A stretch of DNA of 33,808 bases from Candidatus Kuenenbacteria bacterium GW2011_GWA2_42_15 (GTDB lineage: Bacteria; Patescibacteriota; Patescibacteriia; UBA2196; GWA2-42-15). Shown here in pieces: positions 1-10,384 of this stretch. Position numbers and translations under genes: made by a program. Position 1 is the first letter of the stretch; every line of letters begins with the position of its first letter. The stretch is from positions 1 to 33,808 of the forward strand of contig LCCW01000002.1 in the NCBI GenBank assembly GCA_000998185.1. Direction: 5' to 3'. The notes beneath the pieces were generated by a model, which saw only the letters and a list, made by a program, of their open reading frames with translations, did no database searches and was not told the DNA's origin.

Positions 1-1386
1 CAAGAGTATGCCGCCAAAGAAAAACTTGAAATTGTCGCCTCTTTCCAAGAGGCCAAAACCGCAAAAGAACCCGGGCGAATTAAATTCGCAGAAATGTTGT
101 CATTTTTGGAACAGGGAAAAGCAGACGGAATAATTTCTTGGCATCCGGACAGATTGGCGAGGAATAGTGTTGATGGCGGAAAGATTATTCATTTTGTAGA
201 TCGCGGCTTGATTAAGTCCCTCAAATTTCCCACCTTTTGGTTTGAAGCAACACCGCAAGGTTTATTTATGCTCAATATTGCTTTTGGACAGAGTAAATAT
301 TTTGTAGATAATTTGCGAGAGAATGTGAAGCGAGGATTAAGACAGAAAATCCGAAATGGTGTATGGCCTGGCTGGGCTCCGGTGGGCTATCTCAATAACC
401 CCAAGACACGCGGTATTAATGTTGATAGCGAGAAAGCACCGAAAGTCCGCAAAATGTTTGAAATGTATGCCACCGGAGCATATACGCTCCATTCTCTCGC
501 AAATTGGTGCAAGGAGAAGGGTTTGCGCGGCAACCTCGGCAAAGAGATAGTGTTGAGTAATGTGCAAAGTATTCTACAAAATATTTTCTATATCGGACTG
601 ATGAAATATGGTGGGGAAATTCATGAGGGACAACACGAGCCGTTAATCTCAAAGAAACTTTTTGATTCTTGCCAAGAAGTGATGAGTAAGCGTGGAAAAT
701 TCCACCATGTTAGAAAAAATGATTTCGCTTTTCTTGGCCTTTTGAAATGCGCTTCGTGTGGTTGTTCAATAACTGCCGAGAAACAAAAAGGTCATAACTA
801 TTATCGTTGCACAAAAAAGAAAGGAGTTTGTCAAGAAAAGCATTATCTCCGCGAAGAAGCGTTGACCAAACAAATCACTTCTTATCTTCAAAAAGTTTCT
901 TTGTCGAGCCAAGACACAGAAAAGGTTTTGGCGGCGTTGGATAGCGAACAGGATAAAGCGAGAGAGGACGCACAAGCCGAAGTTAGTGTTTTGAAAGAGC
1001 AGTTAGCACAAGTTGAGGCGAAACTTCAAAAGTTGCTCGATATCTATTTAGCAGACGCTTTATCCACAGAAGAATACGCCGCCAAAAAGCAAAGTTTGCT
1101 GTCTCAAAAAATGTCGTTATCCGAAAAAATCACCGCCTTTGAGACAAATGGTCTGTCTTGGCTCGAACCGGCTCGTGAGTTCGTTTTATCCTTAAATCAA
1201 GCCACGAATCTGCTTTCCTCTCCCAATCCGACTGCAATGACAACATTTCTGAAAAACATCGGCTCGAACCATATTTTGCGAAATTGTGAATTCGTTTTTA
1301 CCCCCAAAATTGAATACAAATTAGTCGCCGAGCGAAGCGAGGCGAACCTTTCAAACTTGCAATTTCCTACGTGGTACCCTCGGTAG
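1..1386 (+). CDS. Large serine recombinase (integrase type), 5' end outside window
   Basis: Frame 1 is open from base 1 (QEYAAKEKLEIV... precedes the listed Met at 94). It has the DRLARN motif of the serine-recombinase catalytic domain, a recombinase domain, a Cys-rich zinc ribbon (CASCGCSI..YYRC) and a coiled-coil segment. The TAG stop at 1384-1386 lies inside the opposite-strand tRNA-Arg. Confidence 0.85.
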   Translation, partial: QEYAAKEKLEIVASFQEAKTAKEPGRIKFAEMLSFLEQGKADGIISWHPDRLARNSVDGGKIIHFVDRGLIKSLKFPTFWFEATPQGLFMLNIAFGQSKYFVDNLRENVKRGLRQKIRNGVWPGWAPVGYLNNPKTRGINVDSEKAPKVRKMFEMYATGAYTLHSLANWCKEKGLRGNLGKEIVLSNVQSILQNIFYIGLMKYGGEIHEGQHEPLISKKLFDSCQEVMSKRGKFHHVRKNDFAFLGLLKCASCGCSITAEKQKGHNYYRCTKKKGVCQEKHYLREEALTKQITSYLQKVSLSSQDTEKVLAALDSEQDKAREDAQAEVSVLKEQLAQVEAKLQKLLDIYLADALSTEEYAAKKQSLLSQKMSLSEKITAFETNGLSWLEPAREFVLSLNQATNLLSSPNPTAMTTFLKNIGSNHILRNCEFVFTPKIEYKLVAERSEANLSNLQFPTWYPR

Positions 1387-1446
1387 GAATCGAACCTACA
1401 TAACCAGCTTAGAAGGCTGGTGTTCTGTCCATTGAACTACGAGGGC
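1372..1446 (-). tRNA. tRNA-Arg, anticodon TCT, CCA encoded
   Basis: The reverse complement folds by hand as a cloverleaf: acceptor GCCCTCG/CGAGGGT (G1-U72 wobble), D arm GTTC..GAAC, anticodon arm CCAGC-CTTCTAA-GCTGG, T arm GTAGG-TTCGATT-CCTAC, then ACCA. Confidence 0.85.
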
Positions 1447-1660
1447 GTAAAGTAATTAACAAATTTTAATCACTCGGAGAGTGATAATTTTTAAAAAATT
1501 TCTCAATTTTTAAACAAAATTTAGGTTATGCGGGGATAAAATAGGGGCGAGGAGGCAAAAATATCTAGTTTTTTCAAAAAACACTAAAAAAGCCTAAATT
1601 TACAGCTTACTTAGATAAACATACACTAAAACGGATTTTTTTTCAAATTCTGGGGATTAT

Positions 1661-1689
1661 TTGACAGATTGTGGGGTTGGTGTTATGCT
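1661..1689 (+). promoter_or_regulatory. Sigma70-like promoter candidate for rpoBC (TTGACA-17-TATGCT)
   Basis: TTGACA at 1661-1666, a 17-nt spacer, then TATGCT at 1684-1689, about 200 nt upstream of the rpoB ATG. Confidence 0.4.
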
Positions 1690-1793
1690 AATAAAAAGTG
1701 ATATTTATTTATCCACACCTGCCTTTAGGATAGGCTTACCTAAAATACTAATGATTTCAAGGCAGTTTATCAAATTAAATACCAATATTCTTT

Positions 1794-1860
1794 GATACAC
1801 AAAATCCGACTGACGGCAATAGGGCAGTCGGGATATTTTTTGTGTATCTTTTTGTTGTTT
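1794..1860 (+). promoter_or_regulatory. Long leader hairpin plus T-tract (attenuator/terminator-like) upstream of rpoB
   Basis: CCGACTG (1806-1812) pairs with CAGTCGG (1825-1831). The stem is extended by GATACACAAAA (1794-1804) pairing with TTTTGTGTATC (1838-1848), and is followed by TTTTTGTTGTTT. Confidence 0.4.
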
Positions 1861-1892
1861 ATAAATTATTTTTTTAAATTATTTTTGAAGAC

Positions 1893-4800
1893 ATGCCAAC
1901 CGTGACTCAAAAAAATGAAAGATTTTATTTTGGCAAGAAGCACGATGTGCATGACTTGCCTGATTTAATTGAGAGCCAAAAAAATTCTTATCATTGGTTT
2001 GTAACCGAGGGACTAAAAGAACTTTTTGAAGAGGTTAATCCGATTAAAGACTATATTGGCAGAGACCTGGAGTTGTTTTTTTTGGATTATTTTTTGGATG
2101 AACCAAGATTTGACGAAGTGGTGGCCAAAAAGAGAAATACTACTTATGAAGCGGCGCTGCGGGTCAAAACCAAGCTGGTCAACAAAAGAACCGGCGAAAT
2201 AAAAGAACAAGAAGTTTATTTGACCGATTTTCCGTTGATGACTGACCGCGGCACTTTTATCATTAACGGCATTGAGAGGGTTATCGTGTCCCAACTGATT
2301 CGTTCGGCTGGAGTGTTTTTTACTTCGGAATATATGCTGGGCAAGCGGTATTATGGAGCAAAAATTATTCCCAATCGCGGCGCTTGGCTGGAGATTGAAA
2401 CCAATATCAACGGCATTATCAGCGTTAAAATAGATCGCAAGAGAAAAGTGCCGGTTACCTCGTTGCTACGCGCTTTTGGCTATACGACCGAAGCGGAAAT
2501 CAAAGAGTTTTTCAAAGACATTGATATTTTGCCGGATTTTAAATATATAGATATTGCTTTGGAAAAAGATCCGGCCAAAACCGAAGCCGATGGTGTGCGT
2601 GAAGTTTATAAAAGAATCAGGCCTGGCGATCTGGCGACCACGGAGAATGCCAGGTCACTTATCCATTCAATGTTTTTCAATTTTGATCGCTATGATTTTG
2701 GCAAAGTCGGACGCTATAAATTGAATCAGCGCTTCGGCGAAAATTATTCCCTGGACAGAGACGACCGGGTTTTCAAAAAAAACGACCTGCTTAACATTTT
2801 AAGAGAAATAATCAAACTAAATATCAATCAAAGGGAAGCTGACGACATTGATCATTTAGGCAATAGAAGAATTCGAGCCGTGGGTGAGTTGATTCAAAAC
2901 AGATTCCGATTGGGGCTAGCCAGAATGGAGCGCGCCATTATTGACAAAATGAGCACTGTTGATATCAGCAGTATTACCCCGGCCCAACTTATCAACGCTA
3001 GGCCCATCATGGGAGCTGTGAAGGAATTTTTTATGTCCTCACAGTTGTCTCAATTTATGGATCAGACCAATCTTTTAGCTGAATTGGAACACAAAAGAAG
3101 GATTTCTGCCATGGGTCCAGGCGGCCTTTCTAGAGAGCGAGCCGGCTTTGAGGTTAGAGATGTCCACCGCACTCACTATGGCAGAATTTGTCCTATTGCC
3201 ACGCCAGAAGGGCCGAATATCGGTTTGGTAGGTCACTTGGCTTCATATGCCAGGGTGAATAATTACGGGTTTATAGAAACTCCTTACCGCAAAGTAGAAA
3301 AAGATAATAAAGATGGTCAGGCGCGGGTTACGGATGAGATTGTTTATCTGGACGCCTTTACCGAAGAAAAAGCCACGACTACCGCCGCCACCACTGCCAT
3401 AGATAAAGATGGATATTTTTTGGAAGATAAAGCCGCCATCAGAAAGGAAGGCGAACCAGTTCTTGGCACCGTGGCTGAAATTGATTATATGGATGTGGCG
3501 CCCAATCAGATCGTTTCTATTGGCACTTCACTCATTCCTTTTTTAGAGCACAATGACGCCGTCAGGGCGCTTATGGGCACCAACATGCAAAGGCAGGCCG
3601 TGCCAATTGTCAAACCGGCCGCGCCCTTAGTCGCTACCGGCGTGGAGGGGCGAGCCGCCAAAGACTCCGGTCAGGTTTTAGTGGCCGAGCGTGACGGTGT
3701 TGTTTTAAATATTCAAGCTGATAAAATTGAAATTTTAGACGATGACGGCGAGATAAAAAGCTACAACCTGGTCAAGTTTGTCCGCTCCAACGCTTCCACT
3801 TGTCTAAATCAAAGGGTTATCGTGGAAAAAAGGCAGAAAGTTGATAAGGGCGAAGTTCTGGCTGATGCCGCCGCCTGCGATCATGGGGAGTTGGCCTTGG
3901 GGCAAAATTTACTGGTAGCCTTTATACCCTGGGAAGGTGGCAATTATGAAGACGCCATCTTAATTTCGGAGAAATTAGTTCACAACGATAAGTTCTCCTC
4001 TATTCATATTGAGGACTATATTATTGATGTGCGCGAGACCAAGCTTGGTCCCGAAGTGGTGACGCGCGATATTCCAAACATTGGTGAAGAAAAATTAAAA
4101 AATCTTGACGAAGATGGCGTGGTACGCATCGGCGCCGAAGTTTCATCTGGTGATATTTTGGTTGGCAAAATTACGCCCAAAGGCGAAACAGAATTGACCG
4201 CTGAAGAAAGATTGTTGCGCGCCATTTTTGGCGAGAAAGCCAAAGAAGTGCGCGATACCTCTCTTTATCTAGAACACGGCGAACACGGCAAGGTTGTTGA
4301 CATTAAAATTTTTACTAGAGCCGCCGGCGACAAACTGCCGGCTGGTGTTATCCGCCAGATTCAGATTTCCATCGCTCATATGAGAAAAGTCCAGGTTGGC
4401 GACAAAATGGCTGGTCGTCACGGCAATAAGGGTGTTGTTTCCAGAGTGGTAGCCGTGGAAGACATGCCGTGTTTGCCAGACGGCCATCCGGTGGATATAA
4501 TTTTAAACCCGCTTGGCGTCGCTTCCAGAATGAACCTGGGACAGATTTTGGAAACCCATCTTGGTTTGGTAGCCCACGATCGCGGATTAAAAGTAGTCAC
4601 GCCGCCTTTAGACGGAGTGCCGGAAGAAACAATTAAGGATGAATTGGAAAAACTGGGCTACTCACGTACCGGCAAAATGATTCTGACCGATGGCCGGACC
4701 GGCGAAAATTTCCAAGAGCCAAGCACTGTTGGTTATATCTATATGATGAAACTAGTGCATATGGTGGAAGACAAAATTCATCAGCGGTCTATCGGTCCCT

Positions 4801-5174
4801 ATTCGTTGGTCACCCAACAGCCGCTCGGCGGCAAGGCGCAATTTGGCGGACAAAGGTTTGGCGAAATGGAAGTCTGGGCGCTTGAGGCTTATGGTGCGGC
4901 TTATACCCTGCAGGAAATCTTGACTATCAAATCGGACGATGTGCCTGGCCGGTCAAAAGCCTATGAATCAATTATCAAAGGCGAGGCCATCAATAAGCTT
5001 AATATCCCCGAGTCGTTTAATGTTTTAGTTAGAGAGCTCAAGGGTTTGTGTTTAGATGTGGAGCTTTTGCAAGAAGGCAAGGTAATCAGCAAAGACGATG
5101 AATTTAAAATGGTTGAGGGCAGCCGGCGCGAAGCGCCAAAAGAAAATTTTGGCCAAGAAAGTGAGGTAGTTTAA
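1893..5174 (+). CDS. rpoB: DNA-directed RNA polymerase subunit beta
   Basis: 1093 aa with hallmark beta-subunit segments ([74 protein letters not shown]). Confidence 0.98.
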   Translation: MPTVTQKNERFYFGKKHDVHDLPDLIESQKNSYHWFVTEGLKELFEEVNPIKDYIGRDLELFFLDYFLDEPRFDEVVAKKRNTTYEAALRVKTKLVNKRTGEIKEQEVYLTDFPLMTDRGTFIINGIERVIVSQLIRSAGVFFTSEYMLGKRYYGAKIIPNRGAWLEIETNINGIISVKIDRKRKVPVTSLLRAFGYTTEAEIKEFFKDIDILPDFKYIDIALEKDPAKTEADGVREVYKRIRPGDLATTENARSLIHSMFFNFDRYDFGKVGRYKLNQRFGENYSLDRDDRVFKKNDLLNILREIIKLNINQREADDIDHLGNRRIRAVGELIQNRFRLGLARMERAIIDKMSTVDISSITPAQLINARPIMGAVKEFFMSSQLSQFMDQTNLLAELEHKRRISAMGPGGLSRERAGFEVRDVHRTHYGRICPIATPEGPNIGLVGHLASYARVNNYGFIETPYRKVEKDNKDGQARVTDEIVYLDAFTEEKATTTAATTAIDKDGYFLEDKAAIRKEGEPVLGTVAEIDYMDVAPNQIVSIGTSLIPFLEHNDAVRALMGTNMQRQAVPIVKPAAPLVATGVEGRAAKDSGQVLVAERDGVVLNIQADKIEILDDDGEIKSYNLVKFVRSNASTCLNQRVIVEKRQKVDKGEVLADAAACDHGELALGQNLLVAFIPWEGGNYEDAILISEKLVHNDKFSSIHIEDYIIDVRETKLGPEVVTRDIPNIGEEKLKNLDEDGVVRIGAEVSSGDILVGKITPKGETELTAEERLLRAIFGEKAKEVRDTSLYLEHGEHGKVVDIKIFTRAAGDKLPAGVIRQIQISIAHMRKVQVGDKMAGRHGNKGVVSRVVAVEDMPCLPDGHPVDIILNPLGVASRMNLGQILETHLGLVAHDRGLKVVTPPLDGVPEETIKDELEKLGYSRTGKMILTDGRTGENFQEPSTVGYIYMMKLVHMVEDKIHQRSIGPYSLVTQQPLGGKAQFGGQRFGEMEVWALEAYGAAYTLQEILTIKSDDVPGRSKAYESIIKGEAINKLNIPESFNVLVRELKGLCLDVELLQEGKVISKDDEFKMVEGSRREAPKENFGQESEVV

Positions 5175-5208
5175 AATTTTTACTCACCCCATAAAATTAA
5201 ATTAAACT

Positions 5209-8200
5209 ATGTTTAACGAATTTCAGCAACCCATCTTGGATTTTGACAGTATCAGGCTTAAAGTTGCTTCGCCAGAGGTGATTCACGCTTGGTCGCACGG
5301 CGAGGTTGTAAAGCCGGAAACTATTAATTATCGCACGCAAAAGCCTGAAAAGGACGGCCTGTTTTGTGAACGCATTTTTGGGCCAACCAAAGATTGGGAG
5401 TGTTATTGCGGCAAGTACAAAAGAATCCGCTACAAGGGCATTATCTGCGACAAGTGCGGCGTTGAAGTGACGAGATCCATCGTTCGCCGTGAACGGATGG
5501 GTCATATTGATCTGGTGGTGCCGGTCTCACACATCTGGTTTTTGCGCGGCATCCCATCCAAGCTAGGCTTGGTTTTGGATATCTCTCCCCAGGCCCTTGA
5601 GCGCGTCATCTATTTTGCCGATTATATTATTCTGAATGTTAATGAAGAATTAAAACGGCAAACGATAGAACAAATTCAAGATGAATATAAATCTAGAAAG
5701 AAACAAATCGAAAATGATTTTAATAATCGTATCAAGCAAAGTAAAGGTTCAGATCCCGCCAAAACAGAAGCAATCATCAACCAATTTAATCAGACTAAAA
5801 AAGAAGCGCTTGGTGAGCTGTCCGAAGCCCTGGATAAGGCTAAAAAAGAGTTATCGGAACTTAAAGCCCTGAAAATAATTTCCGAAAGCAACTATCAGGA
5901 TTTATCTTTAAAATACGGCCATGTTTTTGAGGCTGGTATCGGCGCTGAGGCTGTCCATAAAATTTTGCAAAATTTGGAACTGGCCGTCATTGCTGCTCAG
6001 GTTGAAGCAGAAATGAAAAAAGCGGCCGGTGGCGTCAAAAAGAAATTGGCCAAACGATTGAAATTATTCAACGCCTTGAAAAAAAATCAAATCAAACCGG
6101 AATGGATGATTATTACCACTCTGCCGGTAATACCTCCGGATCTGCGGCCGATGGTGCAGCTTGACGGCGGCCGGTTTGCCGCCAGCGACTTGAATGATTT
6201 GTATCGTCGCGTCATTAACCGCAACAATCGTTTGAAAAAATTAATTGAGCTTGAAGCGCCGGAAGTTATTTGCCGTAATGAAAAAAGAATGCTGCAGGAA
6301 GCGGTGGATGCCCTCATAGACAACTCGGCCAGACATGGCAAAACTGTTACGGCTTCTACCGGCCAAAAGAGAATGCTCAAATCATTAGCGGATATTTTAA
6401 AAGGCAAACAAGGACGTTTCCGCCAAAATCTACTCGGCAAAAGAGTTGACTATTCCGGCCGAAGCGTTATTGTCGTCGGTCCGTATCTGAAGATTGATGA
6501 ATGCGGTTTGCCGAAAAGGATGGCCTTGGAATTATTCAAACCGTTTATCATCGCGGAATTGATTAAAAAAGAATATGCGCACAATGTCAGAAGCGCCAAC
6601 CGGTTTATTGAATCTGACCGCGATGAAGTCTGGGATATTTTGGAAAAAATCACCAAAGACGCTCATGTGCTTTTAAACCGAGCGCCCACCTTGCACCGGC
6701 TTGGCATTCAGGCTTTTAAACCGTTATTGATTGAAGGCAAAGCCATTCAGTTGCATCCCTTGGTTTGCCCGCCGTTTAACGCCGACTTTGACGGTGACCA
6801 GATGGCCGTGCATGTGCCATTGACCGAAGAGGCCAAACAAGAAGCCAAAGAGATTATTTTATCCAGCAAAAACATTCTAAAACCGGCCACCGGTGATCCG
6901 TCTATCACGCCGGCCCAGGATTTTGTTTTGGGTTGTTATCTTTTGACGACCATCAAAGAACGAGCTGATGGGAAGTTAAAAACATTTTCCAACGAAACCG
7001 AAGCCAGGCAAGCCTACGAAGCTAAGGTGATTGGGCTTCAAGACAAGATCAAGGTGCGTTTTAAAAAAGAAGGCCTAGTTGAAACGAATGTTGGTCGTTT
7101 AATTTTTAATAAAATCGTGCCCGCCGGTCTTGGTTTTGTGAATAAACAAATGGACAAGGGTGGTCTAAAAAATCTAGTCAGAGATGTGTTAGAAACCTAT
7201 GGCACGGAAAAGGCTGTGGAATTTTTGGATAATATAAAAAATCTTTCTATTAAATATGTGACGCTTTCCGGTATTTCTTGGGGCATGGATGATTTGCCGT
7301 CTTTGCCGGAAAAACATGATATTTTTAAAGCGGCGGCCAAAGAAGTGGAAGAGGTTGAAAACCAATATAACCTGGGTTTTTTAACAAATGATGAAAGGCA
7401 TATTAAGGTTGTGGAAATTTGGGTCAATGTTAAAGATAAAATAGTTGACTTATGCAAGGAAAAATTAAACAAAGCCGGCCCAGTCTTTGCTATGATGAAT
7501 TCTGGTGCCCGAGGCTCTTGGGGACAGACCACGCAGATGATGGGCATGAGAGGGCTCATGGCCAACCCAAGCGGCGAGACAATTGAGTTGCCGGTCAAGG
7601 CCTCACTCAAAGAAGGCATGCAGGTTTTGGAATATTTTATTACCACCCACGGTGCCAGAAAAGGTTTGTCGGACACGGCCTTAAGAACAGCGAACGCTGG
7701 TTATTTGACCCGTCGTTTGATTGATGTGGCTCAAGATGTTATTATCTTTGAAGAAGATTGCGGGGATGACGAGGGAATTATAATTTACAAAAAGGAGTCG
7801 CAAGAAATGAATGAGACCATCGTCAAAAGAATAAAAGGCCGGGTGCTTCTGTCTGGTGTAAAAGATAAAAAGGGGAAAGTCGTCGCCAAAGCCGGCGATG
7901 TCGTTGATGAAAAAATAGCCCAAAAAATAGAAGAGATTGACCCGGCTGAAGTCAAAATTCGTTCTGTTCTTACCTGTAAATCAGCGCGGGGCGTTTGCGC
8001 CAAATGCTATGGCTGGGATTTGGGTTATAATAAAATAGTCAAAAATGGTGTGGCTGCTGGCATTATCGCGGCGCAAAGTATTGGCGAGCCCGGCACGCAG
8101 CTGACTATGAGAACCTTCCACACCGGTGGCGTGGCTGGCGGCGGTGATATCACCCAGGGACTGCCAAGAGTGGAAGAAATTTTTGAAGCGAGAACCGTTA

Positions 8201-9087
8201 AGAAACCGGCGTTTATTGCCCCGGTCTCCGGTACCGCGGAAATCATAAATAATGAGGTTACTAGGGAAAAAACCATAAAAATAGCCGGCACCGAGGTCCA
8301 AGAAGAAATATTTTATATTCAAGGGAAAGATATAGAAAAAATAGTCGTCAAGAATAATGCCAAGGTGAAGAAAGGCGATCTTTTAGTTGAGAGCCAGAAA
8401 AAATTAAGGGCGCCGCTTGAGGGCAGGATAGCCATCCATGAGGAGAGTGATGGCCGGCATATTTTAAAAGTTATTAAAGAAGAAGAAGTGATCAAAGAGA
8501 TGGCAATAGCTCGGGGCGTTAAGCTTTTGGTGGCCGACGGCGATCGGGTGGAAAAGGGCGATCCTCTGACTAGCGGGCCGCTTGATTTGGCTGAACTTTA
8601 TAAATTAAAAGGCCAACGGGCGGTGGAAAAATATGTCATCAAGGAAATTCAATATGTTTATTCTTCGCAAGGCCAGCCCTTAAACGACAAGCACATTGAA
8701 GTGATCGTCAGAAAAATGTTCTCCAAGGTTTTGATAGAAGACCCGGGCGACACCTTGTTCTCACCGGGCGAGATTTTGGAAAAAATTGTTTTAGCCGAAG
8801 AAAATGAAAAAATGGTCAAGGAGAAGAAGCAAAAGGCCTTGGCCAGCACCATTCTTTTGGGCATTACCAAGTCGTCTCTGGCCACGCAGTCGTTTTTGTC
8901 AGCGGCCTCTTTCCAGGAGACTACAAGAGTTCTCATTGATGCGGCCGTTACCGGCAAAATTGACCATCTGCGAGGCTTGAAAGAAAATGTCATTATCGGT
9001 AAATTAATACCTTGCGGCACCGGCTATGACAAAGAAGCGTATTTGGGCAAACCCAAAGCAATAGTGACGCCTAAATCAGAAGAATAA
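5209..9087 (+). CDS. rpoC: DNA-directed RNA polymerase subunit beta-prime
   Basis: 1292 aa with the zinc-finger CYCGKYKRIRYKGIICDKCGVEV, the catalytic NADFDGDQMAVH motif and RAPTLHRLGIQAF. It starts 35 nt after rpoB. Confidence 0.98.
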   Translation: MFNEFQQPILDFDSIRLKVASPEVIHAWSHGEVVKPETINYRTQKPEKDGLFCERIFGPTKDWECYCGKYKRIRYKGIICDKCGVEVTRSIVRRERMGHIDLVVPVSHIWFLRGIPSKLGLVLDISPQALERVIYFADYIILNVNEELKRQTIEQIQDEYKSRKKQIENDFNNRIKQSKGSDPAKTEAIINQFNQTKKEALGELSEALDKAKKELSELKALKIISESNYQDLSLKYGHVFEAGIGAEAVHKILQNLELAVIAAQVEAEMKKAAGGVKKKLAKRLKLFNALKKNQIKPEWMIITTLPVIPPDLRPMVQLDGGRFAASDLNDLYRRVINRNNRLKKLIELEAPEVICRNEKRMLQEAVDALIDNSARHGKTVTASTGQKRMLKSLADILKGKQGRFRQNLLGKRVDYSGRSVIVVGPYLKIDECGLPKRMALELFKPFIIAELIKKEYAHNVRSANRFIESDRDEVWDILEKITKDAHVLLNRAPTLHRLGIQAFKPLLIEGKAIQLHPLVCPPFNADFDGDQMAVHVPLTEEAKQEAKEIILSSKNILKPATGDPSITPAQDFVLGCYLLTTIKERADGKLKTFSNETEARQAYEAKVIGLQDKIKVRFKKEGLVETNVGRLIFNKIVPAGLGFVNKQMDKGGLKNLVRDVLETYGTEKAVEFLDNIKNLSIKYVTLSGISWGMDDLPSLPEKHDIFKAAAKEVEEVENQYNLGFLTNDERHIKVVEIWVNVKDKIVDLCKEKLNKAGPVFAMMNSGARGSWGQTTQMMGMRGLMANPSGETIELPVKASLKEGMQVLEYFITTHGARKGLSDTALRTANAGYLTRRLIDVAQDVIIFEEDCGDDEGIIIYKKESQEMNETIVKRIKGRVLLSGVKDKKGKVVAKAGDVVDEKIAQKIEEIDPAEVKIRSVLTCKSARGVCAKCYGWDLGYNKIVKNGVAAGIIAAQSIGEPGTQLTMRTFHTGGVAGGGDITQGLPRVEEIFEARTVKKPAFIAPVSGTAEIINNEVTREKTIKIAGTEVQEEIFYIQGKDIEKIVVKNNAKVKKGDLLVESQKKLRAPLEGRIAIHEESDGRHILKVIKEEEVIKEMAIARGVKLLVADGDRVEKGDPLTSGPLDLAELYKLKGQRAVEKYVIKEIQYVYSSQGQPLNDKHIEVIVRKMFSKVLIEDPGDTLFSPGEILEKIVLAEENEKMVKEKKQKALASTILLGITKSSLATQSFLSAASFQETTRVLIDAAVTGKIDHLRGLKENVIIGKLIPCGTGYDKEAYLGKPKAIVTPKSEE

Positions 9088-9117
9088 TGGCCCTGCCTGC
9101 CAGTCGTTTTGTCCCGG

Positions 9118-9147
9118 TTGACAAGAGTCGGAAAGATATATTATGAT
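9118..9147 (+). promoter_or_regulatory. Sigma70-like promoter candidate (TTGACA-18-TATGAT)
   Basis: TTGACA at 9118-9123, an 18-nt spacer, then TATGAT at 9142-9147, upstream of the KH-domain gene. Confidence 0.4.
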
Positions 9148-9212
9148 AAAGTTATCAGTAAAGGTCGTATTTACGAAGTAATTCGCACCTTATAAATTTA
9201 CCAGCAAAGTTT

Positions 9213-9533
9213 ATGGTTAATGACAAAGAATTTTTGGAGTATGTTGTCCAAGCGCTAGTAGATCATCCGGAAAAAGTTGTTGCGGAAAGAAAAGTCGATG
9301 AAATGGGGGTTCTCTTGACTCTCAATCTCGACCCGGCTGATATGGGTTATGTCATCGGTCGCAAGGGTCAGAATGCCAAAGCCATTCGTACTCTTTTGCG
9401 ATTAGTCGGCGCCAGAAATAATGCTCATGTTAATCTGAAAATCAATGAGCCAGAAGGCGGCCGCAGACCTAGTTTTTCCCGCGCCGAGGATGAGGTCACC
9501 GACACCTCCGCGGTTGATGATTTGAAGATTTAA
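9213..9533 (+). CDS. KH-domain RNA-binding protein (YlqC/UPF0109-like)
   Basis: 106 aa with the GxxG KH motif (VIGRKGQNAKAIRTLL). It sits next to trmD, as in rpsP-KH-rimM-trmD operons. It has an acidic C-terminal extension. Confidence 0.8.
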   Translation: MVNDKEFLEYVVQALVDHPEKVVAERKVDEMGVLLTLNLDPADMGYVIGRKGQNAKAIRTLLRLVGARNNAHVNLKINEPEGGRRPSFSRAEDEVTDTSAVDDLKI

Positions 9534-9544
9534 TTTTGTTCAAC

Positions 9545-9586
9545 AAAAGAGCCATGCTACAATAGTAACGCGGCTCTTTTAATTTT
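9545..9586 (+). terminator. Hairpin plus T-tract after the KH gene
   Basis: AGAGCC (9548-9553) pairs with GGCTCT (9572-9577), followed by TTTTAATTTT. Confidence 0.45.
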
Positions 9587-9660
9587 AAAAAGTGAATCAA
9601 GAAAATTAAGTCAAGGAATAAATCGCTTAATTTGCTTGACTCGCTTGGCGCGCTTGCTTT

Positions 9661-10317
9661 ATGGAGTTTGATCTCATCACCATTTTCCCCCATGTTCTGG
9701 ATTCTTATCTAAATGAATCTATTTTGAAGCGCGCTCAAAAAAAGAAATTGATTAAAATAAAGTTCCATGATCCGCGCGCATTCGCCGTTGGCCGCCACAA
9801 AACCGTGGATGACCGGCCGTTTGGCGGGGGACCGGGCATGCTCATGAAAATTGAGCCGCTTTACAAAACTTTGAAAAAAATTAAAAGACAAAAAAAAGCG
9901 CGCGTGATTCTTTTTGATCCCGCCGGCATCCAGTTCAGTCAGGCCAAAGCTAAAGAATTTTCCCGCTTAAACCAGCTCGTCATGATCGCCGGTCGCTATG
10001 AGGGCGTGGATAATCGGATTGAAAAATTCATTGACGAAAAAATTTCCATCGGTTCGTATGTGCTGTCGGGTGGTGAACTGCCAGCGGCCGTGGTGATTGA
10101 AGCGGTCAGCCGTTTATTACCCGGCGTATTGGGCAATCGGGAATCGCTTAAAGAAGAAACATACTCTGAGGAATTAAAAATTATAAATTTAAAATTAAAA
10201 ATTAACCAAAAAGAATACCCGCACTATACCCGGCCGGAAGTTTTTTCCTATATTGAAAAAGGCAAAAAGAAAAAAAAAAATCACCAATCTAAAATCATCA
10301 ATCTGAAATTGTTGTAA
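9661..10317 (+). CDS. trmD: tRNA (guanine37-N1)-methyltransferase, apparently lacking the C-terminal domain
   Basis: 218 aa with TrmD motifs (ITIFP, VDDRPFGGGPGM, GRYEGVDNR, SIGSYVLSGGELPA, YPHYTRP). The ORF stops 27 aa after YTRPEVF, just after an A11 run. Confidence 0.85.
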   Translation: MEFDLITIFPHVLDSYLNESILKRAQKKKLIKIKFHDPRAFAVGRHKTVDDRPFGGGPGMLMKIEPLYKTLKKIKRQKKARVILFDPAGIQFSQAKAKEFSRLNQLVMIAGRYEGVDNRIEKFIDEKISIGSYVLSGGELPAAVVIEAVSRLLPGVLGNRESLKEETYSEELKIINLKLKINQKEYPHYTRPEVFSYIEKGKKKKKNHQSKIINLKLL

Positions 10318-10384
10318 TTGACTGGCTCAGATTAAAATGTTATCCTATTAGCAATCATTAACCGTTAACTAAGAAGCAACAACT

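Noticed and set aside
2013-9020. About 13 antisense or out-of-frame ORFs of 60-159 aa inside rpoB and rpoC
   Set aside because: They lie wholly within strongly supported, highly conserved CDSs. Their translations are low-complexity with no motifs. They are typical shadow ORFs.
10264-10330. Frameshift in the A-run restoring a full-length TrmD
   Set aside because: Both alternative frames hit stop codons within about 10 codons, and no coding potential follows before the next gene.
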